From assembly GCA_964648775.1 (NCBI GenBank), contig CAZYNA010000003.1:18807-82806 (forward strand): DNA of 64,000 nt, given 5' to 3'. This DNA comes from an uncultured Proteiniphilum sp. (GTDB lineage Bacteria > Bacteroidota > Bacteroidia > Bacteroidales > Dysgonomonadaceae). Shown one piece after another: positions 9,799 through 18,599 of the stretch (its first letter is position 1; each line of letters begins with the position of its first letter). Both the position numbers and the translations under genes were made by a program. The notes beneath the pieces were generated by a model that was not told the DNA's origin, did no database searches, and saw only the letters and a program-made list of their open reading frames with translations.

Positions 9799-12762
9799 TT
9801 AAAAACTAACATTAACTCCAATTGACCATGACTGAGTGCGTGGGTAGTAATCTCTCTTATCAACACCTGCCTCAAATCCGGTATCCTGTAGTTCAGGATC
9901 TACACCGCTATAACCGGTTAAAGTAAGAATATTTCTTCCGGTAACATAAAATCTCAAGTTTGAAATATAATCAGTTTTTAAAGGAACATTGTACCCAAGT
10001 GTTATATTATCAAGTTTAACAAAACCTCCTTTTTCAAGATAGTAATCTGAGTATTGTGGGTCATCATCTAAATCGCCATGCTCTGTTAAAGCAGATGTTA
10101 ACATGTTGTTAGGCAACCATTTTTGATTTCCAAAATAGAGTTCTTTTAAGTTAAGTATATCGAAACCAAATTTACCTCTGAAAAGAAGTGTCAGATCAAA
10201 ATTCTTATACTGGAAACGATTGTTTAATGACGCCTGTACTTTTGGAACTCCATTTCCAATAATCTTAAGGTCGTCTTCAGAAATTTCAGTAGATCTTACG
10301 GCTTCTCCTTCTGCATTGTAAAATAACCATTTTCCATCTTCTGTAAATCCGGCAAACTCTTTACCGTAAAAGTTACCAACTCTACCACCTTCCTCAAGAC
10401 GGAATGCATTACCTAAGTTACCGGGTGAAGGCAGACCGTAGAATGATAGCCAGTTAGCCTTAAATACATCGCTCGAAAGTTTAGTCAATTCGTTTGTTTG
10501 ATAACTTGTTGCCAAATCTATATCCCATCTGAAATCCTGGTTTTGGATCGCTGCAGCAGATAACTGAATCTCAAGACCGGTATTTCTGATAGATCCTACG
10601 TTTGTATAAATAAAGTCTCTAACGTATGGAGGTTGCTGTGCATTATAATTATACAATAAGTCTTTTGTATTTCTATTATATACATCGATAGAACCACTTA
10701 ATCTTCTGTTAAGTAATGAGAAGTCAACCCCAACGTTAAGTTCATGCTTCTGCTCCCAACGAAGATCGGGGTTCGGGTTTCTTGCAGCTCCGTAAGTTTG
10801 GTAATAAACACCATCTTGTGGATAAACACCTCCAGTACTTAGTGTTACAAGAGACTGGTAGTTAGGTATTCCCTGGTTACCGGTTACTCCATAACCAACT
10901 CTTAGTTTTAACTCATCAATTACATCTGCATCATACATAAAGCCTTCTTCAGAAATAGTCCAACCTGCCGAAATTGCAGGGAATGTACCCCATTTGTGAT
11001 TTGCACCAAATCTGGAAGATCCTTCGTGACGAACAATTGCCTGTAGGTAATATCTGTGATCAAAAGAGTAGTTTACACGACCAAAGAAGGCAACAAGTGT
11101 ATTATCATTCTTGCTGCTACCCATTCCCGGGCGAGGTAATCTTGTGTTTTGAATTGCACTACCTGCACCTAAATTCCAATCAAGAAAAGCATCAGTTGTA
11201 AAACCGTTGTTGTTAACATTAAATCTCTCTTCAGTATCATACTGATAACTGTATCCTAAAAGTCCGGTTAATGTGTGAACATCATTAAACGTTCTTTTGT
11301 AGTCTGTTGTAGCTTCAAATGTTTTACTCCACGATAAGAAGTTTTCTTTTGAAGCATAACCCATACCCTGATAAGAAGTTCCGGGTCTGTTATCCCAGTC
11401 TGTTGAAGCGCGGTAATATCTGTCGTTGTATGTATTACGAAGATAAGAACCAAATCCTGAAACAGACCAGTGATCGGTAAGTTGTACCTGCAAACGTAAA
11501 TCTGCAGATGTTGTTTGCTGATCTCTTTCTGAGATTCTATTAGCTAAGCGTGACAACGGATTGTAGTTGTTAAACGCTGTAGTTTCATAGAATGTACCAT
11601 CTTCATTATATAGAGGAGCTGTTGGGTTTCTTTGAATCGCTTGCTCAAAGTCACCTGATCCTCCACCAAGCATATTTGCTTTATTAAAGTTTGTTGCAAG
11701 GTTGAATGACATAGTTAATCTATCGTTCAAACCTTTTTGGTTAACATTCACACGTCCACCAAATTGCTCACGAGCATTTTCTTTTGCAATTCCTTCAAGA
11801 CTGCTGTAGAACACAGAAGCTCTGTAGTTAGTATTTTCTGTTCCACCTGATGCTGAAAAATTGTGATAATGGCTTAAGTTGTTATTATTTATCAGCTCAT
11901 CAAATAGATTAGTATCAGCACCAAAGTCCTGATTAGCATTTACAATTCCTTGAGAAATAAGATCTCTCCATCCTGCTGCATCAAATACTTTAGGACGCTC
12001 ACTTAGTATCTCACGCTGTGCATAAGATGAATAGTTAAACTGTGGTGCACCTGCACGCCCTTTCTTTGTGGTAATAAGAATTACACCGGCATTACCACGT
12101 GTACCATAAATAGCAGCTGCTGATCCGTCTTTCAAAATATTGAACGACTCTATATCATCCGGTTGCAAAAGATCAAGGCTACCTCCGGGTATACCATCAA
12201 TTACAATTAACGGAGAACGAGTTCCCGAAAGTGAAGCAATACCACGAAGCTGAATATCCATACCTGAGTTAGGGTTACTGCCATTAACTCTTGTCATATT
12301 CAATCCGGCAACTTTACCCTGAATAAGGTCCATTGCGTTACGGGTACCTCCCTGATTAAAGTCGGCAGCAGTAATAGTCTCAATAGACGATGTAACCTCT
12401 CTTCTGTCCATCGTACCATATCCAACAACTACAACCTCTTCAAGCATTTCAGAGTCTTCAGTTAGGCTAATATTAATAATAGTTCTTCCATTTACTTGCA
12501 CATTCTGAGATTGCATTCCTACATACGAAACCTCCAGTACACCACTCGACGGTACATTATTTAATGTGTATTCTCCATCAATATTGGTTACTGTACCGTT
12601 CGTTGTTCCTTGAACAAGGAGGGTAACCCCAATCAGTGGTTCACCGTTAACATCAGAAACAATACCTCTTACGGTAGTGCCCTGAGCAAACAACCCCAGT
12701 GATAGAATCCACACAAAAGCAGACAATATCACTCTCATTTGATTTGTTTTTACTTTTTTCAT
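9799..12762 (-). CDS. SusC/RagA-family TonB-dependent transporter
   Basis: 987 aa. Carboxypeptidase-regulatory-like N-terminus (GIVSDVNGEPLIGVTLLVQGT). Plug motif AAIYGTRGNAGVILITTKKG. C-terminal ...SIGVNVSF. I did not notice an STN/anti-sigma signalling extension. Confidence 0.9.
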   Translation of the reverse strand: MKKVKTNQMRVILSAFVWILSLGLFAQGTTVRGIVSDVNGEPLIGVTLLVQGTTNGTVTNIDGEYTLNNVPSSGVLEVSYVGMQSQNVQVNGRTIINISLTEDSEMLEEVVVVGYGTMDRREVTSSIETITAADFNQGGTRNAMDLIQGKVAGLNMTRVNGSNPNSGMDIQLRGIASLSGTRSPLIVIDGIPGGSLDLLQPDDIESFNILKDGSAAAIYGTRGNAGVILITTKKGRAGAPQFNYSSYAQREILSERPKVFDAAGWRDLISQGIVNANQDFGADTNLFDELINNNNLSHYHNFSASGGTENTNYRASVFYSSLEGIAKENAREQFGGRVNVNQKGLNDRLTMSFNLATNFNKANMLGGGSGDFEQAIQRNPTAPLYNEDGTFYETTAFNNYNPLSRLANRISERDQQTTSADLRLQVQLTDHWSVSGFGSYLRNTYNDRYYRASTDWDNRPGTSYQGMGYASKENFLSWSKTFEATTDYKRTFNDVHTLTGLLGYSYQYDTEERFNVNNNGFTTDAFLDWNLGAGSAIQNTRLPRPGMGSSKNDNTLVAFFGRVNYSFDHRYYLQAIVRHEGSSRFGANHKWGTFPAISAGWTISEEGFMYDADVIDELKLRVGYGVTGNQGIPNYQSLVTLSTGGVYPQDGVYYQTYGAARNPNPDLRWEQKHELNVGVDFSLLNRRLSGSIDVYNRNTKDLLYNYNAQQPPYVRDFIYTNVGSIRNTGLEIQLSAAAIQNQDFRWDIDLATSYQTNELTKLSSDVFKANWLSFYGLPSPGNLGNAFRLEEGGRVGNFYGKEFAGFTEDGKWLFYNAEGEAVRSTEISEDDLKIIGNGVPKVQASLNNRFQYKNFDLTLLFRGKFGFDILNLKELYFGNQKWLPNNMLTSALTEHGDLDDDPQYSDYYLEKGGFVKLDNITLGYNVPLKTDYISNLRFYVTGRNILTLTGYSGVDPELQDTGFEAGVDKRDYYPRTQSWSIGVNVSF

Positions 12763-13174
12763 TCTTCAATTTTTAAGTTAATCGTTTAAATAGTTGTTAA
12801 GCACATTATCATGTTGTGATATAAGTTTTATTATAATGATAAATTAATTTAAGTAAGATATCATATTTGTTTCATCGTTAATAAATGTCACAAAAAAACA
12901 CGTTATTTTATTAAATTAAACGTATTAGCAATATTTAAATTTCACATTTTATGGTACATAATAGCATATAAAATTCAAAGATAGTTGTTGTAAGTTAAAT
13001 TACAAACTTTTTATATCAAAATCCTATTTTTTACTACAATTTTAACAATTAAATTAATACACTTAATTGCATTTAAACGTTCTATCACACATAACCCAAA
13101 ACAATCAAATTTAAAATCCACAAATATTTTTGTTTCTCTTTATAAATGAAGTAACTTTATGTCGTTAACATCAA

Positions 13175-14860
13175 ATGTTTGAAATGTTGATAACAAATAG
13201 GACTATGAACCAGAACAGTTTTTTAGCAATAATTGAACAGAGTTTCCGAAACAATTGGGAAAGACCTGCACTAACGGAAATAGACAGCAGAACTCTTTTA
13301 TATAAAGATTTTGCAATGGAAATAGATAAATTACATGATCTTTTTGATAAGGCAGGTGTTAAAAGAGGTGATAAAATATCTATATGCGGTAAGAACTCAG
13401 CCAATTGGGCTATATCATTCTTCTCAATACTTTCATATGGCGCAGTTGCGGTCAGCATTCTTCACGAGTTCGATAATAGTAGTGTTCAATTTATTGTTGA
13501 TCACTCAGATTCAATTATGTTTTTTGCAGATAAGAAAATTTGGGAGAAAGTAAACGAAACAACTGTTCCAAAAATAACGTCTGTAATTTCACTTGATGAT
13601 TTTTCTCTTCTTAAATCTGAATCGGAGAGCCTTAAAGAGTTTGCTGATGGCTCAGAAGTTTATTTTGAAGAAAAATACAAAAACGGGTTCTTTGTTAACG
13701 ATCTTACTTTCAGAACAGATAAACCGGAAGAGCTTGCCGTAATAAACTATACTTCAGGAACAACAAGTAGTCCTAAAGGTGTTATGATTCCCTACCGGAG
13801 CTTATGGTCGAATACCAAGTATGCCAACGAGAATGTAGGTTTTATGAATCCCGGTGATGGCATTTTATGCATGTTGCCAATGGCGCATACATACGGACTG
13901 GCTTTCGAAATTCTCAACTCAATTTCACTGGGTTGCAATGTCTATTTTCTTGATAAGTCGCCATCCCCAAAGGTTTTGCTCGATGCTTTCAAAGTAGTTA
14001 AACCCAAGCTGGTTTTGGCTGTACCGCTTATTCTTGAAAAAATTGTTACTAAGAATGTTTTCCCAAAGCTTAAGCAAGGCTCTGCCAAATATTTATCTAA
14101 AATTCCATTACTTAACTCTGTTGTTCACAAAAAGGTGCGCGACACGCTTATTGAGTTCTTCGGAGGAAATTTGGTTGAAGTGGTAATTGGTGGTGCTGCA
14201 CTTAATTCAGATGTGGAGAACTTCCTCAAAAAGATAAAATTTCCGTTTACTGTTGGATACGGAATGACTGAAACCGGACCGCTTATTTCTTATGCATACT
14301 GGACTGAGTACAAGAAGCGTTCGTCGGGTAAAGTGGTTGACAGGATGCGTGCTAAAATAGATTCTGAAGATGCCGAAAATGTTGTGGGCGAAATTCTTGT
14401 GAAAGGTTCAAACCTGATGTTAGGATATTATAAGAATGAGGAGGCTACAAAAGAAACATTTACCGACAATGGCTGGTTTAAAACTGGTGATCTGGGTACA
14501 TTGGATAGTGATAATTTCGTCTTCATTAAGGGAAGAAACAAGAATTTGTTGCTTGGACCATCCGGACAAAATATTTATCCTGAAGATATTGAAGAGCGAC
14601 TTAATTCATCTGATTATGTAAGTGAATCGCTTGCAATTGGTGAGGATAAAAAAATTGTTGCGCTTATATTTCCGGACTTCGATACGCTTAAACAAGAAAA
14701 AATTCCGGAAAGCGAAGTTGATTCACTGTTCCGGAAAATTATTGATGATATAAATTCAAATCTACCTACTTATAGCCAAATTGCTTCTTTCAGAATTCAA
14801 AATAAAGATTTTGAGAAAACACCAAAAAGAAGCATTAAACGCTTTAAATATCAGAAGTAG
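13175..14860 (+). CDS. AMP-dependent synthetase/ligase (long-chain acyl-CoA synthetase-like)
   Basis: 561 aa. AMP-binding motifs YTSGTTSSPKGV and GYGMTETG. The exact start is uncertain (several Met codons in the first 12). Confidence 0.8.
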   Translation: MFEMLITNRTMNQNSFLAIIEQSFRNNWERPALTEIDSRTLLYKDFAMEIDKLHDLFDKAGVKRGDKISICGKNSANWAISFFSILSYGAVAVSILHEFDNSSVQFIVDHSDSIMFFADKKIWEKVNETTVPKITSVISLDDFSLLKSESESLKEFADGSEVYFEEKYKNGFFVNDLTFRTDKPEELAVINYTSGTTSSPKGVMIPYRSLWSNTKYANENVGFMNPGDGILCMLPMAHTYGLAFEILNSISLGCNVYFLDKSPSPKVLLDAFKVVKPKLVLAVPLILEKIVTKNVFPKLKQGSAKYLSKIPLLNSVVHKKVRDTLIEFFGGNLVEVVIGGAALNSDVENFLKKIKFPFTVGYGMTETGPLISYAYWTEYKKRSSGKVVDRMRAKIDSEDAENVVGEILVKGSNLMLGYYKNEEATKETFTDNGWFKTGDLGTLDSDNFVFIKGRNKNLLLGPSGQNIYPEDIEERLNSSDYVSESLAIGEDKKIVALIFPDFDTLKQEKIPESEVDSLFRKIIDDINSNLPTYSQIASFRIQNKDFEKTPKRSIKRFKYQK

Positions 14861-14866
14861 TTGGGA

Positions 14867-17800
14867 TTAATATTCATCCCAACTCTTTATTTCTACATCC
14901 TCTAAATCCATCGTGCAAAAGGCAGTGATAAATGCACTTGCAAGTCTTGCATTGGTAATAAGCGGAATATTGTAGTCTATTGCTCCCCTGCGAATAATGT
15001 ATCCGTTGGTTAGCTCTCTGCGTGTTACATCTTTAGGAATGTTTATTATCAAGTCGAATTCCTTATTGGCAATCATTTGCTTAATGTTGTTCTCACCATC
15101 TTCATCGGGCCAGTTTACATCGGTTGCAGCAATGCCGTTGTCTTGTAGAAATTTTTGAGTGCCATGACTTGCAAAGAGTTTATAACCCTTCTTGCTAAGC
15201 AATTTACAAGCGTCAAGGAGGTCTACTTTCGACTTCATTTCTCCTGATGATATAAGAATTCCTTTCTTAGGGATATCATAGCCCACCGATAGCATCGATT
15301 TTAAAATTGCATCCGAAAAGTCCTCCCCTATACAGCCCACTTCGCCGGTTGACGACATATCAACCCCCAGTACAGGATCCGCATTCTGAAGTCGGGAGAA
15401 TGAGAATTGCGACGCTTTAACACCAATATAATCAAGGTCGAATACCGAGCTATCGGGTTTGTCATACTCTGCTCCCAGCATTATTCGAGTGGCAGTTTCA
15501 ATAAAATTATGCTTCAATACTTTAGAAACAAACGGAAATGATCGTGATGCTCTCACATTACATTCAATCACCTTTATCTCATTATTTTTAGCAAGATACT
15601 GTATATTAAAAGGACCACTTATATTAAGCTCTTTAGCAATTATCTTTGAAATTTTCTTCACCCTGCGCATAGTCTCGAAGTATATCTTCTGAGCAGGAAA
15701 TACAAGCGTTGCATCTCCGGAGTGAACCCCGGCAAATTCAACATGTTCTGATATTGCATACTCTACTACTTCTCCTTCTTTAGCAACAGCATCAAACTCA
15801 ATCTCTTTGGCATTTTGCATGAAGCTGGATACTACAACCGGATGCTCTTTCGAAACATTCACTGCCATTTTCAGGAATGTCTCCATCTGGTCTCTGTTAT
15901 AGCATACATTCATAGCAGCACCCGAAAGCACATAAGAAGGACGAATTAAAAGTGGAAATCCTACCTCATTAATAAATGAGTCGATCTCCTCCAGACTGCT
16001 TGCTTCTGTCCAGCGCGGCTGATCAATCTCCAGCTCGTCGAGCATTGCCGAGAATTTATTACGGTTTTCGGCTCTGTCAATCGACAATGGCTGTGTTCCC
16101 AAAACAGGCACATCTTGTCTGTGCAGCTTCATTGCCAGGTTATTAGGAATCTGACCACCCATCGATAAAATAACACCTTTTGGCTGTTCCAGATCAACTA
16201 CATCCAGCACACGCTCAAAAGTAAGCTCATCAAAGTAGAGCCTGTCGCACATATCATAGTCGGTAGAAACAGTCTCAGGGTTATAATTTATCATCACAGA
16301 TGCATAACCCAAATCCCTTGCGGTCTGTACGGCATTAACCGAACACCAGTCGAATTCTACCGACGAGCCAATCCTGTATGCTCCTGACCCTAATACTATA
16401 ACCGACTCTCTTTCGTCTTTTCTTGGCACATAGGCCTCTTCATCACCATAAGTAAAGTACAGATAGTTCGTATCGTCGGGATTTTCTGAAGCTACTGTAT
16501 TAATTCTACGTATCTTAGGTGTTAAACCTAAACTCTTTCGATGACCTCTTACTCTATTTTGTTCATTTTCAAGATTCCCGTCCGGCTCTTCCACAAAGCG
16601 CGCTATCTGGAAATCTGAGAAACCAAGCCTTTTAGCCTCTTTAAGCACATCGGCAGGCAGATCTTCAATCTTGTTATATCCCGAAATTACTTTAGAGTAG
16701 TTGTATATATTTTCGAGCTTCCCTAAAAACCAGGGGTCAATTTTTGTCAGTTCTTCAATCTTCTCAACAGTATAGCCTTTATAAAAGGCGTCGGCAATGG
16801 CAAATATGCGAAGATCGGTAGGGTTGGAAAGCGATTCCTCAACATTATCAAAGGTGATTTCCCTGTTTCCTACAAACCCGTGCATTCCCTGCCCTATCAT
16901 GCGCAATCCTTTCTGAATAATCTCTTCAAACGACTGCCCAATTGACATTACTTCACCAACCGACTTCATAGATGAGCCAATCTCATGACTTACTCCATAG
17001 AATTTATTTAAATCCCATCTCGGAATCTTAACAATCATATAATCTACTTTCGGAGCATAATATGCTGAGTTTGATGTTCCCATCTCGCCAATCTGATCAA
17101 GAGTATATCCCAGAGCAAGTTTAGTAGCAACAAATGCCAGCGGATATCCCGATGCTTTTGATGCTAGTGCGGAAGAACGGCTCAGTCTGGCGTTTATCTC
17201 TATAATTCTGTAATCGTTGGTCTCTGCGTTAAAAGCATACTGTATGTTGCACTCTCCAACTATTCCTATATGACGTACAACCTTTTGTGCAACATCTTCA
17301 AGCAACTCTACCTGATCGTCACTTAAAGTGATAATTGGTGCAACCACAATACTTTCTCCGGTATGAATGCCAAGCGGATCGAAGTTCTCCATTGGAACAA
17401 CAGTAAAGCAGTGATCGTTTGCATCGCGTATAACCTCAAACTCAATTTCTTTCCACCCTTTCAGGCTCTCTTCAACAAGAATCTGATTTGAAAATGAGAG
17501 TGCACTTTTACATAATTCCTTAAACTCATCCTCGTTATCACATATGCCCGATCCCTGACCCCCAAGAGCATACGCAGAGCGTACCATAATAGGGAATCCT
17601 ATCTCATTTGCTGCTTTTAACGCATCTTCCAAACTCCCAACAGCTATAGATTGAGGTGTTTTAGCTTCTATTTCATCAAGTTTCTTTACAAACAGATCAC
17701 GATCTTCCGTAATCATTATAGATTCAACTGATGTTCCGAGAACTTTTACATCATATTTATCTAAAACACCCGACTGATATAATTCTGTTCCACAGTTTAA

Positions 17801-18079
17801 TGCTGTTTGTCCACCAAAAGCAAGCAGTATACCATCGGGTTTTTCTTTTGCTATAACTTTTTCTACAAAATAGGGAGTAATTGGCAAAAAATAAACTTTA
17901 TCTGCCACACCTTCAGATGTTTGAACAGTTGCAATATTCGGGTTTATAAGTATCGTTTCTATACCCTCTTCACGCATTGCTTTTAGAGCTTGCGAACCTG
18001 AGTAGTCAAATTCGCCCGCCTGTCCAATTTTCAGGGCACCCGAACCCAGCAAAATAACCTTCTTGATTGATTGATTCAT
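14867..18079 (-). CDS. carB: carbamoyl-phosphate synthase large subunit
   Basis: 1070 aa with duplicated ATP-grasp halves and an MGS-like C-terminus. No carA is adjacent in this window. Confidence 0.95.
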   Translation of the reverse strand: MNQSIKKVILLGSGALKIGQAGEFDYSGSQALKAMREEGIETILINPNIATVQTSEGVADKVYFLPITPYFVEKVIAKEKPDGILLAFGGQTALNCGTELYQSGVLDKYDVKVLGTSVESIMITEDRDLFVKKLDEIEAKTPQSIAVGSLEDALKAANEIGFPIMVRSAYALGGQGSGICDNEDEFKELCKSALSFSNQILVEESLKGWKEIEFEVIRDANDHCFTVVPMENFDPLGIHTGESIVVAPIITLSDDQVELLEDVAQKVVRHIGIVGECNIQYAFNAETNDYRIIEINARLSRSSALASKASGYPLAFVATKLALGYTLDQIGEMGTSNSAYYAPKVDYMIVKIPRWDLNKFYGVSHEIGSSMKSVGEVMSIGQSFEEIIQKGLRMIGQGMHGFVGNREITFDNVEESLSNPTDLRIFAIADAFYKGYTVEKIEELTKIDPWFLGKLENIYNYSKVISGYNKIEDLPADVLKEAKRLGFSDFQIARFVEEPDGNLENEQNRVRGHRKSLGLTPKIRRINTVASENPDDTNYLYFTYGDEEAYVPRKDERESVIVLGSGAYRIGSSVEFDWCSVNAVQTARDLGYASVMINYNPETVSTDYDMCDRLYFDELTFERVLDVVDLEQPKGVILSMGGQIPNNLAMKLHRQDVPVLGTQPLSIDRAENRNKFSAMLDELEIDQPRWTEASSLEEIDSFINEVGFPLLIRPSYVLSGAAMNVCYNRDQMETFLKMAVNVSKEHPVVVSSFMQNAKEIEFDAVAKEGEVVEYAISEHVEFAGVHSGDATLVFPAQKIYFETMRRVKKISKIIAKELNISGPFNIQYLAKNNEIKVIECNVRASRSFPFVSKVLKHNFIETATRIMLGAEYDKPDSSVFDLDYIGVKASQFSFSRLQNADPVLGVDMSSTGEVGCIGEDFSDAILKSMLSVGYDIPKKGILISSGEMKSKVDLLDACKLLSKKGYKLFASHGTQKFLQDNGIAATDVNWPDEDGENNIKQMIANKEFDLIINIPKDVTRRELTNGYIIRRGAIDYNIPLITNARLASAFITAFCTMDLEDVEIKSWDEY

Positions 18080-18164
18080 TTATGTATAATTTCAAATAGT
18101 TTGAGTTGTCCTTTAACCTGCTGTATATTGTATACTTCTTACATCAGAATCTTGATTCAGGACT

Positions 18165-18223
18165 CAAAAAAAATCGGAAATCCCGTTTGTTTAGCTTTTA
18201 GCTTTAACTCCGAAATTTCCGAT
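18165..18223 (-). terminator. intrinsic terminator inside the carB 5' leader (candidate attenuator)
   Basis: Minus strand: AUCGGAAAUUUCG (18223-18211) pairs with CGGGAUUUCCGAU (18185-18173). This is 13 bp including two G-U pairs, with a 25-nt loop, followed by U8 (18172-18165). It lies ~85 nt upstream of the carB ATG. Confidence 0.65.
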
Positions 18224-18266
18224 CTCTGTACATTTGAGCGTAATAAAAACGTGCTGCATTCTGCAT
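18204..18266 (-). CDS. candidate carB leader peptide MQNAARFYYAQMYRDRKFRS
   Basis: A 20-codon ORF on the minus strand. Its last 7 codons (GAT CGG AAA TTT CGG AGT TAA) overlie the 5' arm of the leader terminator. 4 of 20 residues are Arg. An alternative ATG 7 nt downstream opens a different frame, MQHVFITLKCTEIGNFGVKAKS. Confidence 0.3.
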   Translation of the reverse strand: MQNAARFYYAQMYRDRKFRS

Positions 18267-18283
18267 ACAATATTTTTAGAACA

Positions 18284-18291
18284 CAAAGATA
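18284..18291 (-). promoter_or_regulatory. -7 box TATCTTTG (minus strand), candidate carB promoter
   Basis: Exact TAnnTTTG match, ~18 nt upstream of the leader ORF ATG. Confidence 0.45.
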
Positions 18292-18343
18292 GAAAAAAAT
18301 AACCGAAACTTTACTCATATTTATCACTTATTTAAAACGTATA

Positions 18344-18443
18344 TTATTCATACATTATTCGGGTTTGTTCGAACAAGGTTCGAACAAGGTACGAATCAGG
18401 TATGAACCAGGTATGAATAAAATATGAATAAATTACGAACAGA
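18344..18443 (+). repeat. phased-repeat module, copy A: one inverted unit, a 13-bp spacer, then 7 direct 11-bp units (GTAYGAAY core)
   Basis: 18367-18443 reads GTTCGAACAAG GTTCGAACAAG GTACGAATCAG GTATGAACCAG GTATGAATAAA ATATGAATAAA TTACGAACAGA in exact 11-bp register. TTATTCATAC lies at 18344-18353. The module is homologous to the reverse complement of 49470-49569. Confidence 0.9.
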
Positions 18444-18562
18444 TATCGGGTTTGCAACAATCAAAAAAAACCAAAATCGCGCAATAATAACACAAGAGTC
18501 ATTTGATTTGCATTTCTCATAAATATTGATTATAATATCTATATATAGTTGAAGAGGGTTTG

Positions 18563-18599
18563 CCGGAATAGACTTATTGTCTTTATCCGGGTTTTTTTT
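18563..18599 (+). terminator. orphan intrinsic terminator in the leader of the GT4-GH130-GT4 operon
   Basis: CCGGAATAGAC (18563-18573), loop TTATT, GTCTTTATCCGG (18579-18590; one bulge and one mismatch), then G and T8 (18592-18599). There is no plus-strand gene upstream. The operon ATG is 55 nt downstream. Confidence 0.6.

Noticed and set aside
18367-18443. The repeat arrays might be CRISPR-like or minisatellite arrays
   Set aside because: The units are only 11 bp and contiguous, with no spacers, and no cas genes are present. The shared 5'-to-3' order of degenerate units in both copies argues against simple slippage expansion.
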